In this document: positions 55,193 through 64,000 of the stretch, piece by piece
How positions within the stretch are numbered: the first letter of the stretch is position 1
Layout: the number at the start of each line of letters is the position of its first letter
Assembly (NCBI GenBank): GCA_965248535.1
Contig: CBDFJR010000005.1
Span: forward strand, 960,001 to 1,024,000
Origin: Phormidesmis sp.
GTDB lineage: Bacteria; Cyanobacteriota; Cyanobacteriia; Leptolyngbyales; Leptolyngbyaceae
DNA length: 64,000 nt
Direction: 5' to 3'
Program-made: the position numbers and the translations under genes
Notes under the pieces: model-generated
Database searches by the model: none
What the model saw: only the letters and a program-made list of their open reading frames with translations
What the model was told of the DNA's origin: nothing

Positions 55193-55960
55193 GAGCGCAA
55201 CGCCGCAAACCTTACAAAACTGGGCATTTGAGTCATGAGACGACAAACCGCACGTTGAGCAATCAATCTGAATCTGATCAGCCGTTTTGACTAGCTGTTT
55301 GATCAAATCTCCTAACTGCCAGGGAATCAGAACTACGCCTGTGAGCAGCATTGAAACAGTCAAAAGACGACCTATTTGTGAATTAGGCGTGATGTCTCCT
55401 AGCCCCGCCGTCGTAATCGTAGACACCGAGAAATAAACCGCATCTAAAAATGTCTTAAAGTCTTGAGAGTTGGTCGGGTGCTCAACTTGATAGATCAAGC
55501 CTGAATAAACAAAAATGATCGAGAAAAGCGTGAAAAATATTCGGGCCAGAATCACGCTGTCTTCGCTGCTGATATAGCCAAAAATAGTGCCACCTTCGAT
55601 AAAGCGAATCAAACGGAGAATGCGGAACCAGCGAAAGATTCTCAGAAATCCAATATTGGCAAAGCCCAGCAGAAAGGGCACGATCGCCAGCAAGTCTACG
55701 ATCGAGTAAAGGCTAAAAACATACTTAACTCTCTGGTCAGCTACCCAAACTCGCAGTAGATATTCAATCACAAAAATTATGAGAATTCCATCTTCTAAGA
55801 GATCTAATGGCTGTCTGAGAGATCCAGGAATTTTATAAGTTTCTACCACAAAAATGGCTGAAGAAACTAGAACTAATCCGGTAATTAAGAGATTGATTCC
55901 TCTGCCTAAGGGAGACTCAATATCTTCTAAATAGAATGCAATTTTTTCTCGCAGTGACAT
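55175..55960 (-). CDS. Ion transporter / potassium channel-like protein
   Basis: S4-like RIFRWFRILRLIR, pore TITTAGLGD, C-terminal CxxC...CxxCG. Confidence 0.85.
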   Translation of the reverse strand: MSLREKIAFYLEDIESPLGRGINLLITGLVLVSSAIFVVETYKIPGSLRQPLDLLEDGILIIFVIEYLLRVWVADQRVKYVFSLYSIVDLLAIVPFLLGFANIGFLRIFRWFRILRLIRFIEGGTIFGYISSEDSVILARIFFTLFSIIFVYSGLIYQVEHPTNSQDFKTFLDAVYFSVSTITTAGLGDITPNSQIGRLLTVSMLLTGVVLIPWQLGDLIKQLVKTADQIQIDCSTCGLSSHDSNAQFCKVCGVALSNHSH

Positions 55961-56096
55961 AGTTTTAGAGTTCCGTTTTAGAGTTCCAGTTCTTGAATAC
56001 CTTACTTCAGCCCGTCAAAATTGTGCCCGCTGTGCGCTTGATAGGCTTCAGAATTCGCGCAACAATAGATGTAAAGTTTCGTATCCTATCCCTAAG

Positions 56097-57329
56097 ATGA
56101 CGATCGCGGCCCCTAGACCCAGTTCTCTAACCTATGACTATGACTTGGCGATCGTGGGGGGCGGTGTGGTCGGGGCAACCCTCGCCTGTGCGCTCAAAGA
56201 TTCAGGCTTGACGGTGGTGCTGATTGAAGCCGAGGCTCAATCGATCGCCAGCGCTAGAGGGCAAGCCTATAACATTTCTCCGCTTTCTGGTCGCATTTTT
56301 GACGGACTTGGCGTTTGGGAGCAGATTCGTCCTCAGCTTGAGACCTACACCAAGATTCGCCTCTCAGATGCCGACTATCCCCAAGTGGTGCAGTTTTTGC
56401 CTCAAGATTTAGGTGCCCAGACCTTGGGCTATGTGGCCGAGCATCACGTTTTGATCGCGGCCCTTCAAGACTCGTTGCGGCAAAATTCGCAGGTGACTTG
56501 GCTGTGTCCGGCAAAGGTCGTGAAAACCGATATCCAGCCTAACGGCGCAACCCTAGAGATAGCGGTCAACGGCGAAGTTAAGCAAATTCGGACTCGGTTA
56601 GTCGTAGCCGCCGATGGAGCACGATCGCCGCTTCGTCAACAAGCCGGAATTCGCACTCACGGCTGGCAATATTGGCAGTCGTGCGTTGTGGCGACTATCA
56701 AACCTGAGAAATTTCACAATCACACGGCCTACGAGCGATTTTGGTCAAGTGGGCCGTTTGCCATTTTGCCGTTGCCGGGCAATCGATGTCGCATTGTCTG
56801 GACGGCTCCCCGCGCTGAGGCAGCAGCGATCGTGAACCTAGACGATGATCACTTTCTCAAAGAACTGACTCGGCGCTATGGCGATCACATGGGCAAGCTG
56901 GCGCTAGAGGGCGATCGCTACGTGTTTCCGGTGCAGCTTATGCACAGCACTCGCTATGTGTTGCCGCGACTGGCGCTGATTGGTGATGCAGCCCACTGTT
57001 GCCATCCGGTCGGTGGGCAGGGCATTAACATGGGCATTCGAGATGCGGCGGCTTTGGCCCAGGTCTTGCAAACTGCTCATCAACAAGGCGAAGATATTTC
57101 CACCCTCAAAGTTCTCAAACGCTATGAGCGCTGGCGCAAGTGGGAGAACTTGGTGATTTTGGGCTTTACCGATTTGCTCGATCGCACCTTTTCTAACAAC
57201 ATTCTTGCGATCGTGCTTTTACGTCGCTTGGGGTTGGGGGTGCTGCAAACTGTGCTGCCGATCAAATCTTTTGCCCTCAAACTGATGACAGGGCTAACCG
57301 GGCGCGTTCCTAAACTTGCTCAAAGATAA
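56097..57329 (+). CDS. FAD-dependent hydroxylase, UbiH/COQ6 family
   Basis: IVGGGVVG, AADGARS, GDAAHCCHPVGGQGINMG. Confidence 0.9.
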   Translation: MTIAAPRPSSLTYDYDLAIVGGGVVGATLACALKDSGLTVVLIEAEAQSIASARGQAYNISPLSGRIFDGLGVWEQIRPQLETYTKIRLSDADYPQVVQFLPQDLGAQTLGYVAEHHVLIAALQDSLRQNSQVTWLCPAKVVKTDIQPNGATLEIAVNGEVKQIRTRLVVAADGARSPLRQQAGIRTHGWQYWQSCVVATIKPEKFHNHTAYERFWSSGPFAILPLPGNRCRIVWTAPRAEAAAIVNLDDDHFLKELTRRYGDHMGKLALEGDRYVFPVQLMHSTRYVLPRLALIGDAAHCCHPVGGQGINMGIRDAAALAQVLQTAHQQGEDISTLKVLKRYERWRKWENLVILGFTDLLDRTFSNNILAIVLLRRLGLGVLQTVLPIKSFALKLMTGLTGRVPKLAQR

Positions 57330-57397
57330 TGAGAGAATTCAACCACGATCGCCAAACTGCTGAAGATCTTTACTAGCCCTCCCTTTTCAGAATCACC

Positions 57398-58099
57398 ATG
57401 AAACCTAAAGCCGTTGTCCTTCTCTCTGGAGGATTAGATTCTGCAACGTCGGCCGCTCAGGCAATCGTCGATGGCTATGACGTGATTGCCCTGTCGTTAA
57501 ATTATGGTCAGCGCCACGATCGTGAGCTAGTCGCCGCCGCTCAAGTTGCCGCTCACTTCAAGATTCAAGATCATTTTGTGATCGAGGTAAACCTAGCTCA
57601 GTGGGGCGGTTCTGCGTTGACCGATCTCGCCATTTCTCTTCCTACTGAGGGCACTCAGGCTGACGTGATTCCCACAACCTATGTGCCCGGACGGAACACG
57701 GTGTTTATCGCGATCGCGCTCTCGCTCGCCGAAGCAAAAGGTGCCGAGGCGGTTTATCTGGGCATTAACGCTGTCGATTATTCTGGCTACCCCGATTGTC
57801 GTCCCGAATATTTAGAGGCGTTTCAGCACCTTGCTACTCTTTCGTCAAAAGTCGGGATCAATGGCAGCGCACCTAAACTAGTTGCCCCTTTAGTCACTAG
57901 CTCAAAGGTTGATATCGTGCATCGCGCCTTGCAGTTGGGGGTGCCGATCGCCCTCACTTGGTCTTGCTATCAAGGGGGCGATCATCCCTGCGGAGTCTGC
58001 GATTCTTGCCGAATTCGCGATCGCGCCTTGATCGAAGCTGGAAGAGCAGATTTGGCCACTCTCATAGGACAGGCTTTAGTCAGAGAGAAAAATTTGTAA
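57398..58099 (+). CDS. queC: 7-cyano-7-deazaguanine synthase
   Basis: [30 protein letters not shown]. Confidence 0.96.
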   Translation: MKPKAVVLLSGGLDSATSAAQAIVDGYDVIALSLNYGQRHDRELVAAAQVAAHFKIQDHFVIEVNLAQWGGSALTDLAISLPTEGTQADVIPTTYVPGRNTVFIAIALSLAEAKGAEAVYLGINAVDYSGYPDCRPEYLEAFQHLATLSSKVGINGSAPKLVAPLVTSSKVDIVHRALQLGVPIALTWSCYQGGDHPCGVCDSCRIRDRALIEAGRADLATLIGQALVREKNL

Positions 58100-58753
58100 T
58101 CAAAGGGATTAATTGTTAAGAAATCATACTGAATTTGAAGAAATTTCGAGAGCACTAACTCACAAATCTAGTAATAGTAGATAACAAAAACATAAAGAAA
58201 ATCGGTAGTCAACACAGTTTTTGTTTTCTTTAATTAGAACAACTTACCCTGTAAGCATCTTCAATAGGCTAACTCTAGACTGTCTCTTCTAAGAGAGGTA
58301 ATAAAAAATACAGCAGTGAACGGTTAGTCTCAGGCGAGGCTTGACTGGTAGCACAGCCTCTTCTAGATAAATCCTTAATCTTTCTGGAAAAACCTTCTAA
58401 AGTAATGAAACGTCAGACGATAAATAGTGCTTTGATGATCTGCCAAATTGTGATAAAAACCTTTAGAGTTTGACCTCGATCGGGCTGGCTTGAGGAACTA
58501 TATAAAGCTCAAAAGCCAACAACACAAAAGCTTTCAGTAAAATGAGCCAGCGATCGCTGGGATGGTTTATCAATGCATTTCTCAACTCAGTCCTTAACAG
58601 TCTATCGACCCATTACTTGACCTAAAAAATTTAAGTTAATGATTGATAAGCGACAAAAACTAAGAAAAATGGAAGCAGTTTATCGAAACCTAAAACTTAA
58701 AAAGCAATGTCTGAGAGGCTTTTATCATTTAATTTCTAAAAAAGTCAGTTTTT

Positions 58754-59188
58754 GTGACCGCTATAGTGACGAATAGCTTGATATATCTCGTCATGAAATT
58801 CGCAGCGAGTCACGTTTTACTCTTAACGCAGCAAACTGAAGATTTGCACGGGTTAGAATTTCTTCTGGAACGTTTAAGATGTGCCGTAGAAATTGTCACC
58901 ACGCCAGATCAGGCAGTCGATCGAGTTCATCAAAACCCGCCGTGTCTAGTGATTGTGCAAGGCAACCATAGAACCTGGTCACGAAAGCTTGTTTATGCTC
59001 TGAGAGCGATCGCCGATGCTGACAACATTACGCTGGTCGCTCTGACCGATGCTCACGCCCCAAGTTGGCTTCACCAAGACGAAAATCCGGGGTTTGATGG
59101 CTTCTTAGTCAATCCCCTCAGTTCCGATGTGCTTTTTTCGCTGATTCAGTCTGCCTCGGCACGACAGCTTTGTCGCCCTGTTAACTAG
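58754..59188 (+). CDS. Atypical (pseudo-)receiver domain protein
   Basis: CheY-like pattern (PCLVIV, TLVALT, GFDGFLVNP) but lacking the conserved Asp/Lys; ATG at 58793 possible. Confidence 0.65.
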   Translation: MTAIVTNSLIYLVMKFAASHVLLLTQQTEDLHGLEFLLERLRCAVEIVTTPDQAVDRVHQNPPCLVIVQGNHRTWSRKLVYALRAIADADNITLVALTDAHAPSWLHQDENPGFDGFLVNPLSSDVLFSLIQSASARQLCRPVN

Positions 59189-59320
59189 CTGAGCCTCAAC
59201 GTACCACTCATTATAAGAGGGGCTTACGATCGTGGGTTAGATCCTATCGGTGACTCGCCCGGACAAGGGGCACTGCCTTATTTACTACCCAGATCCACTG
59301 ATCTCTAAGCTTCTTGATCT

Positions 59321-59986
59321 ATGCAGTTCGCTCCGTTCTACCCGCTCATCCATCGCCTTCTTAAACCCAACTTTCCTAACTGTTTGTGGACGGGTGACCC
59401 GCAAGTTTCTAAAATTGCGCTCACTTTTGATGATGGGCCTTATCCTCCTTACACGTCTGCTTTGATAGAGGTGCTCGATCGCCATCACATTCCTGCCAGC
59501 TTTTTTTGGTTAGGAATTTGCGTCGATCGCGCCCCTGCCCTCGCTCAAGCCATTCATCAAAAAGGCTATTGGCTAGGTCTACATGGCTATGAACATCAGT
59601 CATTTGCCACGATGTCTGGCCATCAACTCAAGCAAGACTTAGAGCAGACAAAAAGCGCGATCGTCAACGCTTGTCAAGACTCATCTCTCTCATTAATTGA
59701 TGTTCGCCCCCCAAACGGGCTGTTTACCCCCAAAACCTTAGGGCTGCTTAATCAATGGGGTTATCGCCCTGTGATGTGGAGCGTGATTCCTGAAGATTGG
59801 GTGCAGCCGGGCGTAGCGATCGTAGTGCAGCGAGTCTTAGATCAGGTTCAAAATGGCTCCATCATTGTCCTACACGATGGATATTGTGGCGGAGAGGATG
59901 TAGCAGAGATCGTTGACCATCTGATCCCAGCACTGCGGAATCGAGGATATGAGTTTGTGACCGTCAATCAACTATGGCAGGGTTGA
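59321..59986 (+). CDS. Polysaccharide deacetylase (NodB/CE4)
   Basis: ALTFDDGP, HGYEH, RPPNG, IIVLHD. Confidence 0.92.
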   Translation: MQFAPFYPLIHRLLKPNFPNCLWTGDPQVSKIALTFDDGPYPPYTSALIEVLDRHHIPASFFWLGICVDRAPALAQAIHQKGYWLGLHGYEHQSFATMSGHQLKQDLEQTKSAIVNACQDSSLSLIDVRPPNGLFTPKTLGLLNQWGYRPVMWSVIPEDWVQPGVAIVVQRVLDQVQNGSIIVLHDGYCGGEDVAEIVDHLIPALRNRGYEFVTVNQLWQG

Positions 59987-60811
59987 TTAACCCAAATTTT
60001 TCAATCAATTCAAGTTTGAGTCATCAAGTTTCCTAATATTTTCACACCCGTAGCATTAGCAGCTTGCTGCGGCTAAAGTGGTTGCTCTATATCAGGTTTG
60101 TTCTTTTACGATCGCTACGATCGCGCTCAAAAAAATCCCTAACCTGCTTACCCGCCAAACTTAAATGAGCAAAAAGATCATCTAACTTAATATGGAGTCT
60201 AGACCCAAGTTCTTAAATTTGGGCTAACGTAACATCTATGGAGACATAGATTTAGCCGTCTAACCTTTAAGTGCGATTTGGAGGTGATATTTGGACGGAA
60301 CTTAGTGCTGATCAACGGCAGCTATCTCTCTGCCCAACATTAGAGGCAACCGTTTATTGCATGACTATTGCATGACTTTGGATTGAGCGATAACCCATGC
60401 TGATGTCAATCCTTGTAGTCACAAAAGCTTTTGACTGCTCCATGAGCCAACCATCCCATAGACAGACTCCTTTCCATCTCAATTTTCTAACTTTGCAGAT
60501 TAAGGCGGACAAAAAAGGTGCATCTTTTGTGAGAAAAGCTACAATTGGGGAGACATTAAACCATTCAGCAATAGTGGCTTTTGAGTTGGTATCTCTACCC
60601 CGCAAGATCTTTGCGAGAATGCAGCATACCCTTAGTTTTCTATGGTGGTTAGCCGCCCCTCGATTGAGAGAGCGATCTCTCTAAAAAGACGCGCAACTGC
60701 TACAACGACAGAAAGCCCGTGGCTACATCTTGTAACCAAATTGAACGACCAACCGTTCTCCGGTGCTTAAATTTTTCACTTTCACCCCTTAAGGAGCATG
60801 AGGAACGCGGC

Positions 60812-61942
60812 ATGACCCAGGCCAACGACGTACTCGAAGCACTCAGTCTTAGCAGTCCTTCTGATGAACCGCTTGATACCGAAATCGAGCTTTATGACGA
60901 AGATGACCAAGACGAGCCGGATTCTCCGGCAGATGATGACACCAAAACAGGCAAGGCTCGCGCCGCCCGCCGTCGAGCACAAGCCAAGAAAAAGCACTAC
61001 ACCGAAGACTCGATTCGGCTGTATCTGCAAGAGATCGGTCGGATTCGTCTGCTGAGAGCCGATGAAGAAATCGAACTAGCGCGGAAAATCGCAGACTTGC
61101 TAGAGCTAGAGCGAATTCGAGTCAGGCTGACAGAAAAGTTGAGCCGTGAACCTCAAGACAAAGAGTGGGCTAGCGAAGTCAATATGCCCCTGACAGCGTT
61201 TCGGCATCGACTGCATTTAGGTCGCCGCGCCAAAGACAAAATGGTGCAGTCTAACCTGCGTCTGGTGGTGTCGATCGCCAAGAAATACATGAACCGGGGT
61301 CTTTCTTTTCAAGACCTGATTCAGGAAGGCAGCTTGGGTCTAATTCGGGCGGCTGAAAAGTTTGACCACGAAAAGGGCTACAAGTTCTCAACCTATGCCA
61401 CCTGGTGGATTCGTCAGGCCATCACCAGAGCGATCGCTGACCAGTCTCGCACGATTCGCCTCCCGGTTCACCTCTACGAAACCATCTCTCGAATCAAAAA
61501 AACCACTAAGCTTCTCTCCCAAGAGATGGGTCGAAAGCCCACTGAAGAAGAGATTGCAACTCGCATGGAGATGACGATCGAGAAACTTCGCTTCATCGCC
61601 AAGTCTGCTCAGTTGCCGATCTCGCTAGAAACCCCGATCGGCAAAGAAGAAGATTCTCGCCTGGGTGACTTTATTGAGTCAGACGGTGAGACCCCTGAAG
61701 ATCAGGTGTCTAAAAACCTGCTTCGAGAAGACCTCGAAGGCGTTTTGGCCACTCTCAGCCCTCGCGAGAAAGACGTGTTGAGACTGCGCTACGGTCTAGA
61801 CGACGGCCGCATGAAGACTCTAGAAGAGATCGGGCAGATCTTTAACGTCACTCGCGAACGGATTCGTCAAATCGAAGCCAAGGCGCTCCGCAAGTTGCGC
61901 CATCCTAATCGCAACAGTGTGTTGAAGGAATATATTCGCTAA
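60812..61942 (+). CDS. sigA: Principal RNA polymerase sigma factor SigA (RpoD)
   Basis: MTQA start, [48 protein letters not shown]. Confidence 0.96.
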   Translation: MTQANDVLEALSLSSPSDEPLDTEIELYDEDDQDEPDSPADDDTKTGKARAARRRAQAKKKHYTEDSIRLYLQEIGRIRLLRADEEIELARKIADLLELERIRVRLTEKLSREPQDKEWASEVNMPLTAFRHRLHLGRRAKDKMVQSNLRLVVSIAKKYMNRGLSFQDLIQEGSLGLIRAAEKFDHEKGYKFSTYATWWIRQAITRAIADQSRTIRLPVHLYETISRIKKTTKLLSQEMGRKPTEEEIATRMEMTIEKLRFIAKSAQLPISLETPIGKEEDSRLGDFIESDGETPEDQVSKNLLREDLEGVLATLSPREKDVLRLRYGLDDGRMKTLEEIGQIFNVTRERIRQIEAKALRKLRHPNRNSVLKEYIR

Positions 61943-61994
61943 ATCCGATCGTCTAATGGCTGGGCCGTGAGCAATCCGTCCCGCGAATAGAGTT

Positions 61995-62029
61995 AAAAAG
62001 ACTCAGGGGTCATGCCCTGGGTCTTTTTT
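61995..62029 (+). terminator. sigA terminator (potentially bidirectional)
   Basis: AAAAAGACTCAGGG-GTCATG-CCCTGGGTCTTTTTT. Confidence 0.8.
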
Positions 62030-62052
62030 GTAGATTTCCACCGAAAAAGAAC

Positions 62053-62083
62053 AAAAACACGGGCACCTTAGAAAAAGTGCCCG
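62053..62083 (-). terminator. Probable hli terminator
   Basis: ACGGGCAC-N10-GTGCCCGT stem preceded by an A run on the + strand. Confidence 0.6.
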
Positions 62084-62128
62084 TCAGTCTAATCTCTGAA
62101 ATTAGACAGAAACTTAGAAAAGAAATAA

Positions 62129-62311
62129 TTACAGCAGACCCAGAAAACGCAAAGTGCCTTCTCCTGAAAAATATTCGGTCGCGAGGGCGGCCACAAAGCC
62201 AATCATGGCAAAGCGACCGTTCCACAACTCAGCTTGAGGCGTGAAACCAAACTTCCAGGCGTTGCGGTCTTCAGAAGCAATGGGAGCCGTTACTTTTTGA
62301 GTGTCTTGCAT
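62129..62311 (-). CDS. High-light-inducible protein (Hlip/SCP)
   Basis: FGFTPQAELWNGRFAMIGF, ExxNGRxAM chlorophyll-binding motif. Confidence 0.93.
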   Translation of the reverse strand: MQDTQKVTAPIASEDRNAWKFGFTPQAELWNGRFAMIGFVAALATEYFSGEGTLRFLGLL

Positions 62312-62510
62312 GGTGGGTTCTCTGGAGTGCATTAGCTATCCCTAATGTAAACCAATATTACGTTTAATGTCAAAGTATCAAGCTACGGACTAGCTTTCTT
62401 TTTGATAATCGTGACTCCTAAATCTGGGTTCGATGATAGAAAAGGACTCCCATGGCTGAGATATAGGGCTATGATGGGGACTATTGATTGATATTTGTTA
62501 AAAATTATCA

Positions 62511-63932
62511 ATGATTGTTTCCCAGTCTAGTTGGTTAAAGTTTAAAGAATCGCTGACCGAAAAGATATTTTTCGGACATGAGCCTTCAGCAGAGTTGATC
62601 GCGATCTTGCTGGTCTACTTTGTGCAAGGAGTTTTAGGGTTAGCACGATTGGCCGTTAGCTTCTTTCTCAAAGATGAGCTAGGGCTGAGTCCTGCTGAGG
62701 TGTCTGCCCTGCTGGGCATTGTGGCCCTGCCGTGGATGATTAAGCCTCTGTTTGGCTTTGTTTCTGACGGGCTGCCTATCTTTGGCTATCGACGACGACC
62801 CTATTTAGTGCTGTCGGGGTTTTTGGGCGCACTGTCTTGGGTGGCTCTGGCCACGATCGTGCACAGTCCTTGGGCGGCCACCCTAACGATCGCCTTGGGT
62901 TCTCTATCAGTTGCAGTTAGCGATGTGATTGTCGATTCGCTAGTCGTTGAGCGGGCGCGGTCAGAGTCTGTGAGTGGGGCTGGGTCACTGCAAGCCCTCT
63001 GCTGGGGTGCCTCTGCGGTGGGTGGGCTAGTAACCGCTTATCTGAGCGGCTGGCTGCTGGCTCAGTTTGACACGCAAACGGTGTTTGCCATCACGGCATT
63101 CTTTCCTTTAATTATGTCTGCGGTCGCTTGGTGGATTGCCGAATCGCCAGTGACTGAAAAGTCAGACTGGTCGATCGTGCGAACTCAATTGGGGCAACTC
63201 AAACAAGCCATCACTCAGAAATCGATCTGGATGCCCACTGCGTTTCTGTTTCTGTGGCAAGCGACCCCCACCGCAGAATCGGCATTTTTCTATTTTTCGA
63301 CTAACGAGCTAGGGTTTGAGCCTGAGTTTTTGGGGCGAGTGCGACTCGTCACCAGCATTGCGGCCCTTGTAGGGATTTGGGTCTATCAGCGATTTCTTAA
63401 GTCTGTGCCGTTTCGGGTGATTTTTGGATGGTCGATCGTGGCTTCATCTGCGTTGGGCATGACCATGATGCTGCTTGTTACCCACGCCAATCGAGCCATC
63501 GGCATCGACGATCGCTGGTTTAGTCTCGGTGACAGTCTGGTTTTGACAGTGATGGGGCAAATCGCTTTCATGCCCGTTTTGGTGCTGGCTGCCAGACTGT
63601 GCCCACCCGGTGTTGAAGCGACTCTGTTTGCTCTATTGATGTCAGTTGTTAATCTGGCTGGGCTGGTGTCTTATGAGTTTGGGGCGGTGTTGACTCATTG
63701 GCTGGGCATCAACGAAACCAACTTTGATAAGCTGTGGCTGCTCGTGCTGATCACAAACCTCAGCACCCTGCTGCCCTTAATATTTCTGGGTTGGTTACCC
63801 GGAGCCTCTGAAGACTTGGGACAGAGCGCTGCTGATGCTAAATCTTTCTCCACCTTAGAGTTACCAGATTTAGTTTCAGAGCTAGTGCCGCCTCGAAGAA
63901 GAGAAGTCATTATTGACAAACCGATCGATTAG
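62511..63932 (+). CDS. Folate/biopterin (BT1) family MFS transporter
   Basis: VYFVQG, PWMIKPLFG.VSD..PIFGYRRRPY, CPPGVEATLFALLMS. Confidence 0.92.
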   Translation: MIVSQSSWLKFKESLTEKIFFGHEPSAELIAILLVYFVQGVLGLARLAVSFFLKDELGLSPAEVSALLGIVALPWMIKPLFGFVSDGLPIFGYRRRPYLVLSGFLGALSWVALATIVHSPWAATLTIALGSLSVAVSDVIVDSLVVERARSESVSGAGSLQALCWGASAVGGLVTAYLSGWLLAQFDTQTVFAITAFFPLIMSAVAWWIAESPVTEKSDWSIVRTQLGQLKQAITQKSIWMPTAFLFLWQATPTAESAFFYFSTNELGFEPEFLGRVRLVTSIAALVGIWVYQRFLKSVPFRVIFGWSIVASSALGMTMMLLVTHANRAIGIDDRWFSLGDSLVLTVMGQIAFMPVLVLAARLCPPGVEATLFALLMSVVNLAGLVSYEFGAVLTHWLGINETNFDKLWLLVLITNLSTLLPLIFLGWLPGASEDLGQSAADAKSFSTLELPDLVSELVPPRRREVIIDKPID

Positions 63933-64000
63933 TAAAACGACCAGTGAATCACAAAGCGTTGCTCTCTTTAATCCGGTCGATTAAAGAAGATTCGCATGGG

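Noticed and set aside
55962..55987. GTTTTAGAGTTCC twice in tandem, resembling the start of a type II CRISPR repeat
   Set aside because: Only two 13-bp abutting copies, no spacers and no cas genes; a simple tandem duplication.
60354..60684. 83-aa and 95-aa ORFs upstream of sigA
   Set aside because: Mutually overlapping antisense frames with no recognisable motifs; likely spurious.

Overview
Chromosomal segment of a cyanobacterium, recognised by dense HIP1 octamers (GCGATCGC) and by psaK, psbK, petCA, hli and rpaA. Most of the window is housekeeping: pyrC-like, pspA/gpm-like, Cu-ATPase, tmk-holB, pyrD, ftsL-like/ftsI, recQ, groES-groEL with CIRCE and K-box, trpF, folE, accA, secA, hemE, cynS-guaD, petC-petA, rpaA, tgt, cobS, ubiH-like, queC, sigA and a BT1 transporter. 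Small accessory patches are interspersed. The best candidate for an undescribed system is an AT-rich, HIP1-free, tightly coupled three-gene operon at 38793-40367 (minus strand). It encodes a stand-alone 79-aa colicin E3-type ribonuclease domain with intact WDxxHGExE catalytic motif, a 108-aa acidic unknown protein (putative immunity/antitoxin) and an HTH-less ImmA/IrrE (CapP-like) HEXXH metallopeptidase, bracketed by imperfect 21-bp direct repeats. I infer a protease-triggered toxin-antitoxin or abortive-infection module. Other oddities: an orphan Bell-like helical protein with an amyloid-like C-terminal motif; a DUF433/DUF5615 TA pair whose toxin has an in-frame TAG; a truncated Rpn-family gene; tandem FHA paralogues; and +1 frameshifts in tmk and trpF that are probably assembly errors. 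All family assignments come from motif recognition by eye; no searches were run.
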